64,000 bases of DNA from Bugula neritina (GCA_964035545.1 OZ037767.1:11790581-11854580); one strand, 5' to 3'; counted from the stretch's first letter, positions 13,641-26,436 are shown. The notes: generated by a model not told the origin, from the letters alone. Program-made: numbers and translations.

Positions 13641-14589
13641 GTTTCTCCATTCTGAGTATTTTAATTTTAATTAGATACTGTGATCCTAATTGCGGTTATA
13701 TATATAAGACAAGTTACTATTTTATAAGCTGCTGAGCCACAGATGTTGAAAATTGGGAAAATGTTTGCTTATGTTGCAAGTTTTATGCAAGTTTTTTTGG
13801 CTTATGATGCAAGTTTTATAAGCTAATCTTAGAATATATTATTTTGTTGCTGGATGTTACAATAAAACTGTACGCATGTCATTTGACACAAATGTTTACT
13901 GTTCCCAATGATAACTAGTTCTAGCTTGGTTTAATTTTTTAGAAGAACAAAATTTTATGTGAATCTTTACATAGTGCGTATGAATATGTTATTTATCTAT
14001 ATATGAAATGGTAATAGACTAAAATTAAAAACATATGTTAGATTGTGTTATTATCATTATTATATATAATATATATATATATATTTAATGATCAAACTAT
14101 TCAAAAACATCATAAATAAATATATGTCTTTTGTGAATAATTGTTAAGCTAATGTGAAGTATACAAATGGGATGTTACTAGCTGTGGCTAACATAATGGA
14201 ATAAAATTAACATAATCTTTGCACTCTGAATATCTGTGAGGTTTTCGACTATAGTGCCTACCTAGCTGTTAGAGTAAAAAAATGGTTCTACATATTATGT
14301 GAAGTCATCTCCACACATTATAATCGTTTCATTGCTGTTTATACTCTCAATTCTAGCTGTCTCTTCTGCATTAGGTCCTTTTGCCTCTCAATTTCCTAAT
14401 CTTCTCTCCCAGGTCTCCCTTTTTAAAAACACCAAACAAGTATTTACATGCATTTGCTATATAACATGCAATTCTACTAATAATACAGAGTTAAAATTGA
14501 AGATTATGCAATAAAAGTAGCAACATAATGTTGAGTAGAAAAAGCAAAGGCATCAAAACAAAATGTTGAACCGACCAAGATATTGGAGG

Positions 14590-15021
14590 TAACGGGAGGG
14601 GGGGGCACAATGATCATAGGGGTACAAAAAATTAGCCAAATTGTGAGAGAACTTATTGACTTAGAGTTGTGATTTTTGAAAAAAAAGTATTGACATATTT
14701 GTTCAGTCTTTGTAGTTTCAACACTTGTGGAGCATATATGTTGACCAGGCGAGTCAAAAGTGGTTTTATCTACTTTTTGTAATTTTTTTAAGATGTCGTT
14801 AAAGCTTTATAACTTTTTACACTCAAATGTAACAAGCCTATAAACTTTACTGATATTGTCACCATCGCTTGCCTCTATATTGCTTAACTAGTATAACAGC
14901 AAACTCTAAGATAAATTTTCCTTGAGCCGCATTTTTTTACAACTTGGCCACATGGAGCACAATGGGCCACGCTGACCGGAGCACAGTGGGCCACCTGATC
15001 ATTGCACCCTGATCACTGTTA
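14590..15021. mobile_element. Probable old non-autonomous DNA transposon spanning the unit junction
   Basis: Degenerate TIRs TAACGGG..GGGGCACAATGATCA / TGATCATTGCACCCTGATCAC(C/T)GTTA, with internal GAGCACAATGGGCCAC repeats. Copies at 30890-31323, 1-195 (partial) and ~47007-47246 (truncated). Confidence 0.5.
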
Positions 15022-17167
15022 TTAGTTTGTTTGCCCAAAAAGTTAGTTGAAATGTTAATAAAATTGATAGATATAGCCATCTTTGATTTTTTTGTAAAAT
15101 ATCAAAGACATCATGCTAAGACTACCAAACTAAAATGGTGAAGCTTCCATAATATATGCATCTGGTGAGGTTAGAGCTTTGCCATTCTATTCATCGTATA
15201 AAACACTCTGCTGTTGCTACTAGTGGATAGTCAGATATTCATTATACATTCTATCCTTGAGGGAATATACATGTATTTGACTCAAATAAATTGCGATTTG
15301 CTCATTTCTTCCCCCCTCTCCCTGAAGTACTCCAGTCACAAACCTAGCCATGCATCTTAGCAACAGTTCATAGAAAAAAGTCCACTCAGAATAGTTTGTT
15401 CGTGTTTTTAAACTTTTTTTCTGATGAAAGTTCCTGTGAAGTAGAAATAGAAAAAATATTTCTAGTTTTAAACAGTAAAGAAAATAGTACCCTAGAAACG
15501 AGTGATGTGCGTTTGATTTTGCCCTCCCCCTGCTATCCTTGGTGCCACAAACTGTACAGCTAAAACAAGATTTTTGCTGTAGATCTAAAAGAATATTTTT
15601 ATTTGTTTGTAATATTAAATAAATAAAGATTAGATGCAACCAAACCAGCAAATTTTCAATATGTTTTTTGTGTCCCACCCAGTGGCCAATTGTAACCCAG
15701 TACCGAGGCACAATGATGGGCATTTTTTGTCATAAAAAATTTTCTATTCTGATAATTGTGAAAGAGATAGAAACAACCAACTGATACCTATAATAGACAA
15801 CTGGTGTAGCATTTAGACTAAAGATTATTGAACTAGTAACTTGAAAAACAGACGAATGAGAGCAAAAAATTAAAAGTTTGGCCTGTTAAACAAATGAGTG
15901 TTATTTTATGAAAGCTGTGCTATCGTTTTGTTTCATGACAAAGTCATAGTTCAGCCACACCGTATTCCATATGTCTTGCTTTGAGTGTAAGCTATAGTTA
16001 TACTCTCTCTCCAGTAGATACCCTCAGTCTAACTCTATAGTTATGCCTATTCTGCTTTTAATACTGCTTCAAGTTTTAGCCTAGATTGTGAGCAATATTT
16101 GTAGGTCAGAAAAACATGATCTATGCTAATCTTCACAAGATCTTCCAATAAATTTTACAATCTTTGTATAAATATGAAGTTTGCTAGCATAGGTGATATA
16201 TTAATTGGACAACGTTTCTTATTTATATTTATGCTGACCTTAAACATACACCTTTGACCATTTAATACGTTTAAGTTTATTTAATGGCACCCTATAGATA
16301 TTTAAATTGTTTGTTTTTCAAAAATTATCAGCAAATATAAGTTATTTAAAAGATTTTTCACACAAAACAATGACACCACTATCAACTTGTTAAAGCAAAT
16401 GTGTGACCACAAACATGCTTGCAAGATATTGAAACATTGGTCTGAACATTAATAATTCTTTGTGCCATTTGACTCAAAATATGTTAACTTTCTGCTGTAT
16501 GCATGGAAAAATGCTTTTGTCTGTACGTATAATATGTACATTGCAATTATGTTTGTCATCTACTAAATTCTAAATTATACTCTGTTAACTAAATTTTTTT
16601 GTCAATTTTACACTTTAATGTAAAATGCTTGCAGCTTTTGAAGGCGATCAGCCACAATGCAGAACTAATCAAGGTTATGTGCTGTATGCTATAATGTCTA
16701 GTACAGTCATCAGCTATAAGTTATATTTTCATCTGTTCCTTATATAACAGTAAAGAAAACATATTTTAAATAGATTGATGGCAGACTATATTGCTATGGC
16801 ATTTTTCTCCATATATGGTACAATTAACTGAGGTATTACCAATATATTATTCATGTGGTGGCTTGCATGTTTCTAATAGGTATATTTACTCTTTCTGCTA
16901 TTCACAAACAAGTAGGACTCTGTTTAATGATGTTTTTGACAACAAAATATTTTGTAGGCAGTTAAAATCCAAAAGGAGAGTTGCTGTATACATGCTTTCT
17001 GATAATACAATAATATGATAATAGAAAAAAAAACACACATTTTGTTAATACACATACCAGAATACTCATAAAAACCAACAGGTATATATAGCATATAAAA
17101 AGAGAAGTACCGCACAGATACATCAGTAAGTTATAAGATGATAAGACTGTCAATTACATGATAACAA

Positions 17168-18045
17168 TGTCGTACACCGAGTATTCTCAGGAATTGGATG
17201 TGACTCAAAGATATTTCCTCCTCCAAGGGGGAATTATTGTTTTTAAGCATGGCAACGATGTCTGGCTTGTTGGGTACGGAGTCTCTGTTTTATCCGACCC
17301 ACTGAGTCTTTTAACTGGTACAGGCCGGTGGTTGTATTTAACAGGCTGGGGGCCAACTGAGTAAAGTCTGCTTGTAACCGCAAGAGCCGTTCTTCCACAG
17401 TGGCCAGACAAGTCGGTCTCTTGGGCTTCAGGACGGGAGCCACTGAGGGTGTCACTGCCTCTTCCTCCATGACGTCTGGACTCGGCTCGTTTGGACCGGG
17501 CATAGCCTCAGGCTTATCTGCGACTATGGGAGAGCTCTGTCGGGCGTATTTCAGCACAGCATCAAATCCTTGAGTTAGGACAGCTAGCATTAGGGCCTTT
17601 TCGATGAGAGGGCGTATGACTGCCAGGAACTCTGGGTAAGTGTCAGCATCTACTGTTTAGTGGACCCCGAGATAACATTCACTAGCCATGTGTGCAGTAA
17701 TGGGATATGGGTATACATTGTGCTGCCCACACGGGCAGAAAGCCAGCAGGTAGTGTGTTTTTGCGTGTAACCTCAGTGCACAAATAGACGGGCAGTCCTT
17801 CTGGCACACCAGGCATTTAGTACTTCCACGAGACTCTCGAGCGGCTTCTATCTTCATCTCCGTAGCCAGCGACACCCACCACCAACGACGGCGGAGTGGC
17901 GCCGGTAGCTCTCCGTCTTCCTCCATGAGCGTGGAAGGAGGTGTGTAGTCTTGTGACCCTTTTGTAGCAGGTCGAGTGTTACCTTAAAAAGTCAATAGTG
18001 TTGGTTACATACACAGAAGTGCCGCCGGCGTTAGACAGCCTGACA
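17168..18045 (-). mobile_element. Putative 3' LTR (878 bp) of the Gypsy relic
   Basis: Minus strand reads PPT GAGAGGGAAG-TC-TGTCAGG...GTACGACA, giving TGTC/GACA inverted termini. GC-rich sequence gives way to AT-rich host DNA right after the CA. No partner LTR in the window; the equivalent in unit 3 is 33197-34057. Confidence 0.65.
17243..17926 (-). pseudogene. Retrotransposon extra ORF: C2H2 zinc finger plus C-terminal predicted coiled coil (~227 aa consensus)
   Basis: ORFs 17657-17926 and 17243-17590 are in frame, split by one TAA that is TAC in unit 3. CLVCQKDCPSICALRLHAKTH fits C-x2-C-x12-H-x3-H, followed by CPC-x12-H-x4-C. Confidence 0.75.
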
Positions 18046-20702
18046 GACTTCCCTCTCAGTTAGACTTACGCGATATCTATGTCAGTGAACAATTGGCTAA
18101 AAACACGAACCGCGACTGAGAATCACTACGATCTTCTAGTCAGTCAATGTTTCCACCACTCACTTTCATCGACGTCATCTCTAGCCCAGTTAACTAAGTT
18201 GAGTTAGAGCTGACTGATGCAATTTAGTTTCTATACCAGAAGAATATAGTGAACTCACCCCTCGTTCCGGTGTAATTAGACATACTGAATCTTAGAATGG
18301 TTACTATGACTGACTACTAGCACATCTGCTCTTAACTGCATCAGCAAAAAAAAAGGCCGTGCAAGATGGTTGTGGCACGTGGTTAGACACTTTACAACTG
18401 GCGGATTAACTTCGCTTGGTGCTCCGCCGGTCTAAAATTCAGTTTTTACGTGAAGCCCACAACTCCCACAACTAACTGATGGTTTTTTTGTATGACGTCC
18501 TGCTGGACTTACATACTTGCCGCTTTGAACGCCGTCACATATGAAGTCTTGTAAGTACGCTGGGGGTTGTCTGGTACACTGTCCTCATTCCAGAGGGAGC
18601 GATGCAGTCACCGGTGGACTATCAAGTTTCACTGGTGCGACTTGCGGCTCATTAGTGACTAGTTCTTTTCTTATCTCTCTGGACGGAGCCCCTCCCGCCG
18701 TCGTGGTTTCTACTTCCGGGCTCAACTCGGGCTCCTGTAGTGACGGTATCGAACTTGGCGCCAGAGGCGGCGGACCCGTTTCTGCTGGGGGAAGCAGTTG
18801 TTTGTCTCTTGCCAGGTCCTCCTCCCGCGGCCGACCACCTCATACTCGGGTCCAAGCCGCAGTCTCCCGGGCGTTGCTGTCTGCCTCCAGGGCTCTAACA
18901 ATGAGGGAGGGCTTCTCCCACTGCGTCGGGGCTGTTCCAATACGACTTCAAGCAAGCCTCATTCTGGATGACCACCTGTCCTGAGCGCTCAATCTTGTAG
19001 GTATGGTTGGGCATCGCCTCAAATATTATGTAGGGTCCCACAAACTTAGGCTGTAATTTAGCCGCCTATCCGCGACGCCTACGGTGGTTGACCATCCGCA
19101 CCCAGTCTCCCACCTGGTAGAGGGGTGGCTCCTCTAAGTCTTCACGCCACACCTGCCACGGCTTCTCCCGCAGCATTTTGTGCGCAGCCTTCATCTACTC
19201 CACCAGTTTGTTGGCATACTCGTGGACCGAGTTATCTTGCTCAGGAACATGGTAGGTTAAGTGATCAGGCACCCGAGTCTCTCGACCAAGCATCAGAAGG
19301 TTGAGGGTCTTACCAGTACTGGTGTGTGGGGTACTACAGTAAGCGCGCATGACCTGCGGCAGTACCGTATCCCATTCCTCTTGACTACGGCCAAGGAGCA
19401 GGCTCCGGAGTGCATCACCTAGCATACGGTTGTTGCGCTCCACCACTCCGTGACCTTGTGGATGGTACAGGGTGGTCTGGGTTTGATTTTACTCCCCAGA
19501 GGCGACAGAGGTCGCTTAGAAACTGAGACTAGAACTGAGCACCTCCGTCTAAATGTATCTGTTTCAGGAGGCCAAAATTGCAAAATACATTTTGATCCAG
19601 CACCCTGGCCACGGTTGAAACCGACGCATCTGGAATAGCCAGGGCGTCGGCCCACCTAGTAAAGTGGTCGGTTAATACTAGGATCCAGCTGTTGCCTCTG
19701 GGGGTTGGAAGCATGGGTTCGATCAGGTCGACAGCAACCACTTGCCATGGCCGTCCGGCATACAGTCTCCGCCGTCCCGTTTTCCCAGGGTGACGGCCAT
19801 GCTTACTGGCCTGGCAGATCTCGCACTGTCTCACTCTGAGTCGACGTCATGCCCCATCTTCAGCCAATACCACCAGAGTTGCAGTTTGGGGATCACCTTT
19901 CGGACTCCTGCATAAGGCTGTTTGTGGGTATTCCAGATTACCTTACGGCATATGGCCGAAGGACAGATCACCCTTCTCCTTTCGTGGGTGTCTGCTGTTG
20001 GCGGCTAGTGCAATAGGTAATAGCCCATCGCCTCCGATTCGCAGTGAGTTCCAACGTCGGCAGAATAGCCGAAGTTTGGCGCACCCCAGCCTCAATTGTT
20101 CCTCACTGGGTCAACGCCCCTCATTTTTGGTTCGATTTATGTCGGCTACTACCCCGGGAAGGTTTTCCTGGAGTTTTCTCAGCTCGGTGACGTTATCGGC
20201 CAAAACAGGATTAGCGCGGAGGGTTTGTACAGCCTCCTAATTTTCGGCAGCTATTAGTTTGAGTTGACCCTGGTCTCAGTCATACTCTGCCTCTTGACTA
20301 GCCTGTGTCTCTAAATCGGATCGCGGGGGGCCTCCGTTCCTCCTCTCAATACTGAGACACTGCCTGCATTCTCCATTCGGCTGCCAACTCAACCCATCCA
20401 CATTGCCGTGTTTCTTACCAGGTCGGTTCTCAATCCAGTAAGAAAACCCGGCCAAGATTTCTTGACCTCAACACTACACATAGAGCTTGCTGATGTGTGT
20501 CAAGTATACTGAACATGGCTGTTAAGTTTAGTATAGTACATGAATTATCTTCTCTACCTCTACAGCTGGGAATATAATGACTCAGAAGCTAATAGAGGTT
20601 ATAATTTAACTTTACTAAAACTGTGTCCGCGGGTTTCTGTCATCATTATTATGTTACTGAACTTTGCAAGTATTATAGCGAGTCCATTCTATCTACATCT
20701 AG

Positions 20703-21453
20703 GTGTGGGAGTTACTGGTTAAAATGAAAATTATAGCAGACAGCCATAGCAAGACTATGTCACAGGTAGTACTTATAATAGATGCTCCTTTTTCAGATTA
20801 CACTCCTAATACAGATTATACGCTTTCTGCAGATTGTGCTTTTTATATGTTGTGATTATACTCTTTCTGAGCACTATACTCTTTCTACATTTTATGCTAT
20901 TTCTACATATTGTACTCTTTCCTTACATTGCAATCCTTCTGCAGATAAAAATTCTGTAGATCACATTTACTGAATTATCTAAAACTTTGTATTTTTCACC
21001 TTGTGTTCTGTCATACATTAGATCAGGGGTCAACCCCTTTGGTTACTCTTCAGCTAATTCATATTTCTTTGTTTATTGTTTACCTAATTTTAGTTGACAA
21101 CAATATTTTATTTTATATTTTGTGATTTTCATCTTTTGATTACCTCTTCTTCTGTGTATTATTCTGCAGATTACACTTATATATGACTATGTATTATTAT
21201 GAAGGTTGCACTGAAATGGCTGCTGCAGAAGGACTGTGTTACTTCAGTTATTATGGGTTGTAAGACTATTGAGCAGCTGGAAGACAACATGGCTGCCAGT
21301 GATGGCTGGGAGTTGTCTTCTGCTGAAATGAATAAATTGGATGAGGCTTCCTCCTATCCTCTGCCATATCCTTTCAAGCTCCAAAACATCGTCTCAGGAC
21401 TCTGCTCTTTTTATAATTCCACAGTTGTACACAAAAGTGGCATATTTTTCTAG
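20703..21453 (+). CDS. Aldo-keto reductase last two exons, copy 2 (partial gene)
   Basis: Exons 20703-20765 and 21205-21453, frame open, splice sites intact. Confidence 0.8.
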
Positions 21454-22184
21454 GCTTGCTAGTACAGTACCACAGTTGTACACAATCAATGTGGTGTCTA
21501 TTTAGCTTTGTTAGTACAGTACCACATCTATAGCTTATACTGGTGTCAAAAGCTGTCATAGCTTCTATTTTGTATTTTTGATCAGTTGTTAACTTTAAAC
21601 CAGTGCCTTGGTCAGTTTTGATTGTAAGGAATTGATGTCTAGGAGTGCAAAAGTTATTATATATTGGGTTCCTCTCATGGTGCTAAAATTCAATAGTAGG
21701 AGAACGGGCATGTTTTGTATATTTAATCCATCTTCTAATTCTAATGAAAAAAATGAAATCCTAAATTTTGATATCAGAAGCATGCATTGGATTATTGTAG
21801 AAATAAGTTAAAGGTCAATATGCGTATGAACTCTTGGCATACTCTCTTATGCTTTCTATAATGTAAGAAAATATAGATGTTTTAACAACAACTCAACTAA
21901 TTAAGCTTTATTTTCACCATAGCAACATTAAGCTCGTTTTGGTAAAAGATAAAATTATGATAGATTGTGATGCATATATTTGCATGTACCATTAGTTTTA
22001 TATTAAACAAAAAAGCTGTTAACTGTTTATGGTGACTCCACCAATGCTGAGAAAGATGATTTCATTACCAAATGTGTCGTACTAAATTTATTAAAGCAAC
22101 AAAACTGTTGAAAAGTGAAAACTCAACATAACTTTAATTAATAAATACACATTATGTTGATGTAAGCTAACTTATTGGTGCTTA

Positions 22185-22530
22185 AGCCTAGGGCCACACC
22201 GTGCATATTTTCGCATGCGAAAATTGAAATCACAAGTAGCAAAGGTGTCCACTGTAGCGTCAGTGATGCGTGATAAATAAAGCTTTCATTTCTAAATCGC
22301 ACTTGCTTTTAATAAAACGCAATTTACTGGAATGTAGCACTGAAATAAAGAAATTTGGCTCCCTGAATAACTACCAGCTAATTAGGTGACGACAACAAAG
22401 ACGGTTCGCACTTGCGTTGAAAATGCTGAGCGACAAGTGCGAATGTTTTCTCAACGCGTACAGTGGACACCTTTGCTACTAGCGATTTCAATTTTCGCAT
22501 GCGAAAATACGCACCGTGTGGCCCTAGGCT
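22185..22530. mobile_element. MITE with ~70-bp TIRs (possibly PIF/Harbinger type), unit 2 only
   Basis: AGCCTAGGGCCACACCGTGCATATTTTCGCATGCG...GTCCACTGTA is mirrored at 22459-22530. The empty site CTTAAGTCTAC is seen at ~6554 and ~37347. The TSD is imperfect (TAA/TGA). Confidence 0.88.
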
Positions 22531-23003
22531 GATAAAAGTCTACAACTATTACATAACTACAATTTCCTCTACTATATAAAATGATCTTCATGGTTGAGTA
22601 AATTTACTGATATCATTGTCTGTAATCCAATATTGCATGTATTTTGTGTTCAATTCTTTAAATGCCCATGCAGTCTATAAAGTTAGTAATAACAATTGGA
22701 TAAGATTGGCTGATTAGTATTTATAGCCTATAATAGTATGATTTGAAGCTCACTTATTTTGCACAAACCATCTCCCATGGCTTTACTAACTTTAGAAGGT
22801 GCAATTTCCCTTCAATTGCATGTGAAGATGCCAATACATATTATTATACGCACAAACCCAATATATGAAAGTATGTATAGTATAGTTTTTCAGATTGTGA
22901 AAGTCGAATATGTGTAACATGTGATGTATATACATATTTTGTTTAAGAAAATCTCGTACGGCTAAATAGTTTACTGCACAAAACTATTGTAATATATATA
23001 TAT

Positions 23004-23080
<77 letters not shown>

Positions 23081-23113
23081 TTATTATTATATATAATATA
23101 TTATATATTATAT

Positions 23114-23303
23114 ATATTACAATAGTTTTGTGCAGTAAACTATTTAGTCCCGCAAGATTTTATAAATTATGAATATAAATATACTAGAAACATTGTTGTT
23201 TTATTACTTTATTAGTAATATAAGGTAATTACTTTGCCTAATAATGTAATAAAACAACAATATTTTTCATATATTTATTCATAATTAAATTGTTAGCTCA
23301 TAA

Positions 23304-23378
<75 letters not shown>

Positions 23379-23587
23379 AATATATTTGAATATAATTTTA
23401 CGAGCTAGCAATTTAATTATGAATAAATATACAAAAAACATTGTTGTTTTATTACTTTATTAGGCAAAGTAATTAAATTGTATTACTAATAAAGTAATAA
23501 AACAACAATGTTTCTAGTATATTTATATTCATAATTTATAAAATCTCGCAGGACTAAATAGTTTACTGCACAAAACTATTGTAATAT
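23114..23587. repeat. Large nested palindrome centred on an (AT)n tract
   Basis: ~190-bp arms (23114-23304 and 23396-23587) are imperfect reverse complements, and each arm is itself a hairpin. Confidence 0.85.
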
Positions 23588-23620
23588 ATATAATATATAA
23601 TATAATATATATAATAATAA

Positions 23621-23709
<89 letters not shown>

Positions 23710-23714
<5 letters not shown>

Positions 23715-25246
23715 AAGAGAAGAGCAATTTAATTAGATGTTTTATTGCGCTACTTATAGTAGTTTCATGCCTCATCGGCACTTCTCAGGCACAATATTGG
23801 TTAATTTAAAATTTTACATTAAGAAAATCAACATGCTAAACATAACGTAAAACGTAATGCCAACATAGCAGTGGCTTTGTTGTTATATAGGTTTGTAAGT
23901 GTAATTAAATATATAAAAAAAGAAACACATAATGTAAAAACACAGTTTATAGCAGATGCATGAAGTTGTTGTTGGGTGATTATACTTTATAGGTATTTGG
24001 ATATAATTATTTATTATGGTACATAAAATATAAATAGGCTACAGAGTTTCTAGGTTTTGTGGTTGCACAGTAAGAATTTTTTTGAGTGTCGGCAGGTTGA
24101 TAAGAGTTTGTTTTGCTTGTTTAAAGTACACATGTTAGGTTTGTGTAAAATAAGGAAACATTCCCATAGGCATAAATTACAGCTTTTGGTAATAGTTGTG
24201 TTGTATGGTTTCGCACACCTTAATATTTTCCTACTTAAATTGTGTTTAATGTTTTTGTTAGTTAGTTGCCAAATGTATTTGCTAAGTTCTGTTTAATTTG
24301 CCTTTTCCTTGTTTTTAAATGATGATTTGTGGTTTGCGTATCTTAGTTTGAACGGTCCTTCACTTAGTCCAATGTATGTTGCAGGTTCGTTTTCGGTGGT
24401 TTCTACAGTTGCTCGGTATAGTACTCTGCTCTTCTGACAGTTTCCTTTCAGTGGACAACTTTCTTTTTCTCTGCAGTTGCAGTTTTTTCTAGGGTTTTGT
24501 TTTGTTGCTTCTGCTTCTCTAAAATTCTATTATTGTGGGCATTTATGGTCTGTTTTATGTTTGGCATGCAGCTGTAGCTAACTTTTATATTGTTTTTGTT
24601 GATTATTCTATAAAGTGGGTGTTGTTTCGGAAATTCCTCAATCATGATTTTAAAGAAGCTTTTTTGCAATTTTTGTGGTTACATGTTGGCTGTATGGTGG
24701 ATTGTACCAAACAACTTTTCTTTTCCGGTTTCGGGATTTATGTTGTGTGTTGTCTGTTTGTGTTCTTGGTAGGAACTGTAGTTGGTGTTTATAGCCACTT
24801 TGATTTAGGAGGTTGTGGTGGCCGTAGGTAGATTGAGTGAAAATTTTCTCATTAGATAATATTGACGACAGTCGTTTATTAACAGACGATGGTAGGTTGG
24901 AGATTATGCTTGGTGGGTGGTTAGGTTTGCTATGAACATGCATATTTAGTAGAACTGTTTGGCTTAGTGTATGGTGTGTAGGTTTTGTTGTTTAGGTTGA
25001 GCGTGGTGTCTAAGAAGTTGATAATTTTTTTATTTGCTTCGATTGTTATTTTTAATCCATTTTCAGAAAATGTTTTGCAGACTTTCTTTTTTATGTTCTC
25101 TATTTCTTTTGGTGTTTTCTCGGCGATTCCTAACCCGTCATCCCTGTACAGGTCGAAGTTTTTGCCATGTTTTTGTGTTATTAGAATTAAAATGTACGCC
25201 CCAACTAGTTCGCATGTTTCAGCGCAGCCGTACCCGTCGTACACGT

Positions 25247-25250
<4 letters not shown>
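23710..25250 (-). mobile_element. Penelope-like retroelement (5'-truncated; RT C-terminal part plus GIY-YIG endonuclease), unit 2 only
   Basis: [62 protein letters not shown] and terminal STCRH motifs. Frameshifted and flanked by (AT)n. Clade (possibly Nematis-like) is uncertain. Confidence 0.92.
23743..23796 (-). ncRNA. Type I hammerhead ribozyme (core variant CUGAGAA)
   Basis: Minus strand: UAUUGUGC-CUGAGAA-GUGCC gauga GGCAU-GAAA-C uacuauaa G-UA-GCGCAAUA. 8-bp stem I, 5-bp stem II, GUA site; G8 is replaced by A. Confidence 0.75.
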
Positions 25251-25295
<45 letters not shown>

Positions 25296-25296
<1 letters not shown>

Positions 25297-25297
25297 G

Positions 25298-25341
<44 letters not shown>

Positions 25342-25344
25342 TGT

Positions 25345-25375
<31 letters not shown>

Positions 25376-25418
25376 CGTGTGCGTGTGTGTGTGCGTGTGC
25401 GTGTGTGTGTGTGTGTGT
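25296..25418. repeat. (GTGC)n/(GT)n microsatellite, unit 2 only
   Basis: Directly visible. Confidence 0.95.
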
Positions 25419-26436
25419 ATATATAAATATATACAACAATTATTTATTAAATGCATGACAATAAAATGATTGTTGAAGAATAACGTGAATAACTTAAACT
25501 TAATGTTGATTCTAAAAGCCATTGTTGCCCACTTCATTTGCAACAAATTTGTGTACACAGCTAGTAGATGCATGTTTCTTAATTATGTACATTGTACATT
25601 ATTGCTATATGATTATGTAAATGTAATATTAATATGGATTTCTTTATTATTTACTCATCTGTTCTGTATTTTAAACAGCACACTAAACCTTGAAAAACTG
25701 GGTGAGCAACATATTCATTACTACAATTTTTTTATATAATCATAATGATAATGTATCTTTGAAGTTACTTAAGTTCAACATATGTTGAATATTTATAATG
25801 CTACCTAATGTAGATGCTGTGTATAATCTTCATTCATATAAATCATATTTACTAATGCAAATGACGTATAAGTAGCCCGCTTACCTATCACATCAAGTTA
25901 TATAGCTATTTTAATTAATGTGATTAAAGTATGTAGTTTGAATATATGCTAGTATATTATAATACTTGCTGTAGTTTACAACTGTTGGAGAGTTTATTAC
26001 TGTACTTGTGTGTTAAAATTTTGTCTAGCAGCAGTATTTATCATTCTTCTGGCTTCAATGTTTACTCACTAAGATCAGTTGATTTAACATTGATATATAT
26101 GACACATTTCAAAGATAGTTTGAGGCAACTCTTTAATTTGTGCCTGTTGTGAGAGTCTAATTATATTTAATATAAATATTTTGTGAAAGACATTGATAGT
26201 TCTAAAATTTTAAGTTTGTAGAAAACGCCATGCATTTGAGAAAATATAAGCTTTTACTTTAACTTGAGTTGATACTTTTTGCTATAATTTCAGATAAATG
26301 TTTTTGTGCTGAGAAACCAAAGACAGTTGTGCAAAAGTTTATAGGATATCTGTAAGTATTTTCTGCTATAAATATACGTATGTCATCGTCTGCACGAATA
26401 ATAAAGGCAGCTACTATTCTGATACAATATTATAGG

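Larger units (their letters stand above)
17168..20468 (-). mobile_element. Gypsy/Ty3 LTR retrotransposon relic, copy 2 (most complete; no gag/PR/RT)
   Basis: Integrase fragments (19529-19834 and 19195-19446 VERNNRML), GPY/F region, PPT GAGAGGGAAG (18057-18048) and putative LTR. Frameshifted. Confidence 0.92.

Noticed and set aside
14299-14514. Signal-peptide-like ORF MKSSPHIIIVSLLFILSILAVSSA
   Set aside because: Non-ATG start, frameshifted in unit 2, and no splice or homology support.
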